DNA of 63,449 nucleotides, filler included, from Octopus bimaculoides (taxonomy: Eukaryota), in NCBI RefSeq assembly GCF_001194135.2. It is 3 parts of 3 records of this genome, joined end to end, with 100 filler letters (N's around TTAATTAATTAA, not from the genome) between each part and the next. Parts side by side here need not be neighbours in the genome. Positions count along the whole stretch, not along the records: positions 57,258 to 63,449 come from NC_069000.1; 2 more parts are not named here. One strand, written 5' to 3'. This document shows, in pieces, positions 57,158-63,449 of the stretch (positions are counted from its first letter, which is position 1; each line of letters begins with the position of its first letter). The notes under the pieces were generated by a model that saw nothing but the letters and a program-made list of their open reading frames with translations, searched no databases and was not told where the DNA came from. A program made the position numbers and the translations under genes.

Positions 57158-57257
57158 NNNNNNNNNNNNNNNNNNNNNNNNNNNNNNNNNNNNNNNNNNN
57201 NTTAATTAATTAANNNNNNNNNNNNNNNNNNNNNNNNNNNNNNNNNNNNNNNNNNNN
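57158..57257. other. Scaffolding linker 44N-TTAATTAATTAA-44N (artefact)
   Basis: Same structure as 29075-29174. Confidence 0.9.
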
Positions 57258-57307
<50 letters not shown>

Positions 57308-57366
57308 GTTCTTACTAAAGCTATTTAGAGTTCAAAATCTTGAACACGTTTTCCTTATTTTTACAG

Positions 57367-57535
57367 AAGCAGGGAAGACGAAGACCGAGTCAAAGCTACG
57401 TTTTACTCTCGTTTGCATGATATGTTACCCGAAACGGATGTTCTTGTTATTGCTTGTCCTTGCACAGAACAAACGATGAACTTGATTAGTACAGAAGAAT
57501 TCCGGTTGATGAAGAAAACTTCACTTTTGGTCGAG
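57367..57535 (+). CDS. Penultimate exon of 2-hydroxyacid dehydrogenase (glyoxylate/hydroxypyruvate reductase-like) copy 1; 3' end lacks the N-x-x-R motif, possibly pseudogenised
   Basis: Acceptor tttttacag| at 57365-66 and donor |GTGAG at 57536. Translates (R)SREDEDRVKATFYSRLHDMLPETDVLVIACPCTEQTMNLISTEEFRLMKKTSLLVE, matching the family segment L-x-x-L-L-x-x-SD-x-V...P-L-T-x-x-T-x-x-L-I...F-x-x-MK. Too short for the ORF track; read by hand. Confidence 0.9.
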
Positions 57536-57922
57536 GTGAGATAAAACATCATATATGAAACATTTTAAGTCATAGCTATCTATAAACATTTAAACTTCAA
57601 AAACAATAGAGTTAGTAATGAACGTTTCCGTTTCGATCTTTACATTTATGTCCAAAAACGGGGTCTCGTTTGTATTATTCTAGATGTTAAAGTTTAGTCC
57701 AGAGTCATCCTTTAGTCTCTCAACTTCCTTCAATGTATACATTACATGTAATACATTATCTATGTATCTTGTGTTTATCATATGTTCCACTTTTGCTTTT
57801 TTCTACTTTGGATGCATAGAATGCTGCAAACGTAGGTCCTAGGGGAGAATCCATTGTAACGTCATCTATTTATTTATATAAATTTCCTTACAAATAGCGA
57901 AAAGACACTGCAATTATCTCTA

Positions 57923-57969
<47 letters not shown>

Positions 57970-58221
57970 ATTGCATATAGCTTTATCTCATGGTATCTAT
58001 ATATGTATACGTGATTTCTAATGATTTCTATCGTTTTTATCACTGAGACGTTGGCAAGCAAATTTTCTGCATCCAAACAGCAAAAATTAAAATTTAACAA
58101 ATTGATTACAGCTATAAATGCATAGAGTGGGTCGCCTTACTATGTACACAGTGAAGGAGAGTTTCTCCACCACACACACATAAATACATACCAACATGCA
58201 TACATACACACACAACACACA

Positions 58222-58597
58222 CTCTTTTACTTGTTTCAGTCATTTGACTGCGGCCATGCTGGAGCACCACCTTTAGTCAAGTAAATCGACCCCAAGACTT
58301 ATTCTTTGTAAGCCTAGTAGTTATTTTATCGGTCTATTTTGCCGAACCGCTGAGTTACAGAGACGTAAACACACCAGCATCGGTTGTCAAACACAGACAC
58401 AAAAGCACACACACACACACATATATATATATACGACGGGTTTCTTTCAGTTTCCGTCTACCAAATCCACTCACAAGGCTTTGGTCGGCCCGAGGCTATA
58501 GTAGAAGACACTTGCCCAAGGTGCCACGCAGTGGGACTGAACACGGAACCATGTGGTTGGTAAGCAAGCTACTTACCACACAGCTACTCCTGCGCCT
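58222..58597 (-). mobile_element. SINE family B, full length, in the last intron of copy 1
   Basis: Closely matches 24495-24885. Confidence 0.9.
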
Positions 58598-58887
58598 ACA
58601 TATTTATTTATTTATTTATTTATTTATTTACTTATATGAAACTACGAAAAATCTAAAATGAAACATACAAATTTGGACATAGCCATGTACTTCATGAAAC
58701 ACACACGCATACCTACCTACCTACCTACCTACCTACCTACCTACCTACCTACCTACCTACCTACCTACCTACATACATACATACATACATACATACATAC
58801 ATGCATGCATACATACATAATTTTCCCGTGTAAAGCCATTGGTTATTTTACCATTTTCCCTTTTGTTTTTCTCCTTTCTTGCCACAG

Positions 58888-59138
58888 GACAGGTAGTTGA
58901 CACCGATGCCCTTGTGAAAGCTCTTCAGTCAAATGAAATTCAAAGTGCTGCCTTGGATGTCACCGAACCCGAACCTCTGCCGCGAGGACACCCATTGTTA
59001 TCCATGCCAAATGTTATCATAACCGCTCACTGTGGAGCAGACACTTTTGAAACTCGCATAGAAATGCATGATTTATTGATAGAAAATTTGAAATGTGGTT
59101 TGGAAGGAAAAGCGATGCCGTCTGAAGTAATTTTGTAA
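58888..59138 (+). CDS. Last exon of 2-hydroxyacid dehydrogenase copy 1
   Basis: Polypyrimidine tract plus cag| at 58886-87. Encodes GQVVDTDALVKALQSNEIQSAALDVTEPEPLPRGHPLLSMPNVIITAHCGADTFETRIEMHDLLIENLKCGLEGKAMPSEVIL*, with the family ALDV-x-x-x-EP (catalytic Glu) and T-P/A-H-x-G (catalytic His) motifs. Confidence 0.95.
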
Positions 59139-59230
59139 TGCTGATATCCAATCAAGAAACAAATATTCTTAAATTCATTTTTGATTGTAATTGGGATAGT
59201 TATAAATGTGTTAATTAATCGGGAATTGTA

Positions 59231-59427
59231 AGGCGGCGAGCTGGCAGAAACGTCGCTACGTTCTGAGATTAAATTCCATCGAAGTAAGCTTTGCCTTTCA
59301 TCCTTTCGGGGTCGATATATTCAGTACCAGTTGCGTACTGGGGTAGATCTAATCGACTCCCCTCATCAAAAAAAAAAAAAAAAAAAAAAAAAAAATTCGA
59401 GCCTTGTGCCTAGAGTAGAAACGAATT
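59231..59427 (+). mobile_element. SINE family A (tail type 2) with internal A28, 93 bp after the copy 1 stop
   Basis: aggcggcgagctggcagaaacg head, A core, A-run at 59368-59395, tail gccttgtgcctagagtagaaa. Confidence 0.85.
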
Positions 59428-59652
59428 AATCGTGAATTATATATTCCTAGAAAGGTAACTGTTAGTAAATGACTGGGAATTTGTTTCATTCTTGTTCATT
59501 CCGAAAGATATACCAATCCTAGAAGATCTTTAAAAAGGACAACAATAAATTTCCCATTTTATATTTTGTTACTTGATTATTAAAACTCAATGGAAAATAT
59601 TCCTTTTGACTTTTAAGTCTTATGTTATTCTTTAATGTTTAAAGATTTTCTT

Positions 59653-59873
59653 TGGCAGAAACGTTAGCACACCGGGCGAAATGCTTAGCAGTATTTCGTC
59701 TGCCGTTACGTTCTGAGTTCAAATTATGCCGAGGTCGACTTTGCCTTTCATCCTTTCGGGGTCGATAAACTAAGTACCAATTATGCACTGGGGGTCGATG
59801 GAATTGACCTTATCCGTTTGTCTGTCCTTGTTTGTCTCCTCTATGTTTAGCCCCTTGTAGGCAATAAAGAAAT
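59653..59873 (+). mobile_element. SINE family A (tail type 1), near full length
   Basis: High identity to 12203-12435. Confidence 0.9.
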
Positions 59874-59937
59874 ATGATGTTTTCGAACTTCAGGCAAAAA
59901 CTATTTTAATAAAAAAAAAAACGACATATATTTTCAA

Positions 59938-59985
<48 letters not shown>

Positions 59986-60032
59986 GATTATTCTATGAAT
60001 CTGCCTTTAGCTTCAATGCTAAAGAATAAAAA

Positions 60033-60490
60033 TCAGTCATGAACTTCCATAGGATTGCACCTAGAAAGTTCCTTCACCCCAAACCCGAAGCACAAGACCG
60101 GACAAGGTTGTTTATAGAAGACCAGCAGTTTCCTATGCATACCATTATATGTACTTAGGGTAAAGACTCCCTTCGGTAATGAATGATCGAAGGGTTACAC
60201 CTAGAAAGTTCCCCTCCCAGGCACAAGTTCGGGCAAGGTTGTTTATGGAAGACCAGTAGTCGCCCATGTATACCAGCCTTCCCTCTCCACACCACTGATG
60301 TTATCTAAGGAAAAGGCAAAGACCGATACAATTTGGCACCAGTCACGTCACAACTCATTTCTACAGCTGAGTGAACTGGAGCAACTTGAAATAAAGTGTC
60401 TTGCTCAAGAACACAACACAAATCCCGGTCAGGGTATCGAACTCACAACCTCATGGTTGTGAACCCGACGTTCTTACCACTGAGCTATAC
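60033..60490 (-). mobile_element. SINE family C with partial internal duplication
   Basis: Minus-strand head tagctcagtggtaag (A-box) ... gagttcgatacc (B-box), then ttgagcaagacactt. Segment acacctagaaagttcc..cacaag..cggcaaggttgtttat.gaagaccag occurs twice (~60057, ~60197). Confidence 0.8.
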
Positions 60491-60648
60491 ATCACAACTT
60501 ATATCGAATATCCATGTGTCCCACAGTTTTGCTAATCAATATGAGTTGTTTGGTGATAGTCCTCATTGATTTTTCGATATTATCATCGATAATATTTTGA
60601 ATGCTTTGGATGAAATGCTGCGTTCTTAAAGAGTCTGAGAGTTTAGAG

Positions 60649-60720
60649 CAGTGGTTCCCAACCGATTTTTGGCCATGCCCCATCAAATCATTTCTAAAAT
60701 CCTGATGCCCCCTTGGGATA
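60649..60720 (+). mobile_element. hAT (Charlie-like) terminal fragment
   Basis: CAGTGGTTCCCAACC terminus preceded by 8-mer GTTTAGAG (near the NTCTAGAN target consensus). No partner TIR seen. Confidence 0.45.
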
Positions 60721-60856
60721 TTTAATTTTTGTTATTCAAAATTTGGTTAATTTTTACAATATTACCGGGAAACAAAATTTAAAAAAATAATGCGCGGAAA
60801 TCAACGAGTGAGAGTAAGAGGACTTCGGAAATTTCACTAGATCCGAGTTTTTCCCT

Positions 60857-61057
60857 CAGTTAGGTGATACAAAAAAGGAGCAACAAAACATCCAGACAGA
60901 CGACACAAAGAAAACAAGGACCTGTCATTCGCAGTTTTCTATCCTCAAAGATAATCTGGGACTCGACTGAGGATTGAAAACTCCGAATGACCCGTCCTTG
61001 TTTTCTTTGCATCGTCTGTCTGGACGTTTTCTTGTCCCTTTTTGTATCACCTAACTG
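60857..61057. repeat. Fold-back inverted repeat, ~90-bp arms, ~20-nt loop
   Basis: cagttaggtgatacaaaaa...ccagacagacga..caaagaaaacaaggac...gtcattcg.agttttc.atcctca mirrored at 60967-61057. Confidence 0.9.
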
Positions 61058-61894
61058 NNNNNNNNNNNNNNNNNNNNNNNNNNNNNNNNNNNNNNNNNNN
61101 NNNNNNNNNNNNNNNNNNNNNNNNNNNNNNNNNNNNNNNNNNNNNNNNNNNNNNNNNNNNNNNNNNNNNNNNNNNNNNNNNNNNNNNNNNNNNNNNNNNN
61201 NNNNNNNNNNNNNNNNNNNNNNNNNNNNNNNNNNNNNNNNNNNNNCTCTCTTTCTGCCTCTTTCTCTTCCTTCACTGTCGCCAGAGATAAAAAGAGTCAA
61301 ATACTCATAGGCACATCCGCACACATAAGTCTGTCTCCAGTTTATTTCTCCATAGGGAATTAAGATGGCATTACTTTCAGTACTGACCAGTTCTATACTA
61401 CATACACGCACGCACACACACACAGAGACAAACACACGTCATTTTTTAAAATAGCCACGTGTCGCTAACTATAGAAAATGTAGGTTAAAACTAGGTTAGC
61501 AGACAGTCTTAGACGGGCGTCTGATGGACTGCAATAGTTCAAAAGCTGCAGCCTGGTCTTACTTTGCGCCATGCCGAGTGTGACTGAGAATAACTAAAAA
61601 GCAATGTATGTCAGTGGGATGATCAGTCAATTAGGCTTTAATTAATGAGCAATGTCGCCACAGTTCTTTGTACTGTTAGATTTCAAACACAAATAAGTTT
61701 TTGAGTTGTGCGTGATTTGGCTTAATTATTTATCCCTCACTACCTGTCCTGTTATATCTGCCAATTCTGATGTACTTTATATAAAACATTCGAATGCAAT
61801 CGATAAAATATACAGACGCGTACAACCGAACAGATTCTCATACCTTTCGCGGAATAGAGAGACGACGGCTTGTGAATCACATAAGGTCTAATAC

Positions 61895-62288
61895 ATGCCT
61901 ACAACGATGAAACCTCCAGTTCTAATCTGCGTACAACAGTACAATGACCATAAAGAGAAAAACGAATTCATTGAACAATGTTTGAGTCGCCTGAGATCTT
62001 ACTTTCAAGTTGTTTTCTTGGATGATATTGAGCAGAATCCAAACATAAAGAAAGATATTGTTGGTGTTGTCACACAAGCCCCTATTCAACCTCTTCTACA
62101 CAAACTGTTGACAACTCTTCCGAATGTGAGAGTATATTCAAATCATGGAATGGGAGTGGATCATCTTGATCTAAAATATGCCAAAGCAAAAGGGATACGA
62201 GTCGGAAATACAAGAAATGTTGTTTCTGACAGTACAGCAGATCTTGCCATTACTTTAATGTTGGTTTCGACGCGGAAAATACTGCAGG
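61895..62288 (+). CDS. First coding exon of 2-hydroxyacid dehydrogenase copy 2 (gene continues beyond window)
   Basis: 131 codons plus 1 nt, ending CAG G|GTAAGT (donor at 62289). Contains NHGMGVDHLD...GIRVGNTRNVVSDSTADLAITLMLVSTRKI, the G-x-G-x-D-x-x-D / NT-x-x-V-x-x-x-TAD substrate-domain motifs. Start is ATG 61895 or 61907. Confidence 0.93.
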
Positions 62289-62399
62289 GTAAGTCCTGTG
62301 TTGCTTAATTCAAAATTTAAAAAACAGAAACACTATTTCGACTGATAAAAGGCGCTAAAAATTTCAATTCTAATTCAGTTAAAATGCAATCAACATCTT

Positions 62400-62560
62400 T
62401 TATCTTTTACTTGTTTCAGTCATTAGACGGTGGCTATGCTGGGGCATCGCCTTGAAGAGCTTTTAGTCAAATGATTTTTTTTGCTAAGCCTGGTACTTAT
62501 TCTATCACTAAGTTACGTGGGGGACAAACACAGACACAAAGACACACGCACGCACACACA
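62400..62560 (-). mobile_element. SINE family B 3' part, deleted
   Basis: cttttacttgtttcagtcatt.gac..tggc.atgctgg...aagcct.gtacttattctatc. Confidence 0.75.
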
Positions 62561-62563
62561 CAC

Positions 62564-62679
62564 AAAGCATGTATCCCTGCCCCGTAAAATTCGGTTGATT
62601 GTTCTTTGAGCCACGTCTTCACTACAGTTTCCACTTCCTCGTCACTGGAATAATGTTTGCCTCTCAAACCCTCTTTCAT
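62564..62679 (-). mobile_element. mariner (DD34D-type) transposase C-terminal fragment in intron 1 of copy 2
   Basis: MKEGLRGKHYSSDEEVETVVKTWLKEQSTEFYGAGIHAL matches the mariner tail L-x-G-x-x-F/Y-x-x-x-E-E-V...W...FY-x-x-GI-x-x-L. Confidence 0.8.
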
Positions 62680-63147
62680 GTAATATTTTTGTACACAAGA
62701 ACAGCATTTTTACATATCCAATTGTCTCAGGTTAAGCAACACCTACACGATTAGTTCGACGTCTGTCTTAACCGCTGGGTTTATGGTGCTGAGATATAAC
62801 AGATTTTTTGGGAAACTGATCAGGCAACTGATTTACAAAATAATAGACTCTCAGGTGTGTGCAGGTGGAACATATATTTGTTTCAAATCGATGCCAATTT
62901 AAAGCAAGGACGAATGTTATAGGCTTTTGTTCTTTTGGGGATTACTGACAGGGTCTAAGACATCTGAAAAAAATTTCGCATTCGACTTCTATTGAAATAT
63001 AAATCCTTTAATGTCCTGACCAACTTTCTTGAGTGCCACTGTGCGTTCGTACCAGAAAATCATTTGCTTTATTTTGATCAATTCCCAAATTCTTGGTAAT
63101 TTTGTAAATAGTTGCATCATCGTGTCCCAGCATATGTTGTTGTTGGC

Positions 63148-63449
63148 ACTCCGTCGCTTACGACGTCGAGGGTTCCAGTTGATACGATCAACGGAACAGC
63201 CTGCTCGTGAAATCAACGTGCAAGTCGTTGAGCACTCCACAGACACGTGTACTCTTAACGTAGTTCTCGGGGATATTCAGCGTGACACAGTGTGACATAG
63301 CTGGCCCTTTGAAATACAGGTACAACAGAAACAGGAAGTAAGAGTGAGAGAAAGTTGTGGTGGAAGAGTACAGCAGGGTTCGCCGCCATCCCCTGCCGGA
63401 GCCTCGTGGAGCTTTAGGTGTTTTCTCTCAATAAACACTCACAACGCCC
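63148..63449. mobile_element. Interspersed repeat family D (probable SINE), cut by window end; fragment also at 20889-20950
   Basis: caacggaacagcctgctcgtgaaat.aacgtgcaag at ~63190 matches caacggaatggcttgctcgtgaaattagcgtgcaag at ~20917. Confidence 0.65.

Noticed and set aside
55169-58597. Inverted SINE B pair as a dsRNA editing substrate around copy 1
   Set aside because: The two copies are separated by an unsized scaffold join, so their real distance and orientation are unknown.
60400-60490. tRNA gene on the minus strand (also the heads of SINE A and B)
   Set aside because: A and B boxes are present but the stems do not pair into a cloverleaf and the sequence runs into a repeated SINE body.
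1-63449. Most ORFs in the supplied track (poly-CV, poly-YI, poly-HT, poly-X)
   Set aside because: They are translations of microsatellites or run through N gaps.

Overview
AT-rich, microsatellite-saturated animal genomic DNA, most likely an octopus (inferred from the tRNA-derived SINE families and the (CA)n/(TA)n/(CATA)n/(GATA)n load; not confirmed by search). About 6 kb (~10%) is N in 18 gaps. Two gaps are 100-bp 44N-TTAATTAATTAA-44N linkers, so the window is probably three joined pieces (1-29074, 29175-57157, 57258-63449). The only recognisable host genes are two head-to-tail + strand D-isomer-specific 2-hydroxyacid dehydrogenase (glyoxylate/hydroxypyruvate reductase-like) paralogues. Copy 1 shows its last two exons (57367-57535, 58888-59138); its 5' exons are not visible and may lie in the join just upstream. 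Copy 2 shows only its first coding exon (61895-62288). Copy 1 appears to have lost ~10 nt covering the conserved N-x-x-R-G motif. This gives either a stop two codons into the last exon, or an in-frame, Arg-less protein via a second AG 5 nt downstream. The rest is decayed mobile DNA: RTE LINEs, R4/Dong-like RLE LINEs (one abutting a (CATA)n tract), Tc1/mariner remnants, four SINE families, three long fold-back hairpins, and a few unassigned exon-like segments. I found no CRISPR array, rRNA or intact tRNA, and no convincing novel multi-gene system. TE and SINE coordinates are approximate and family names come from motif recognition, not database searches.
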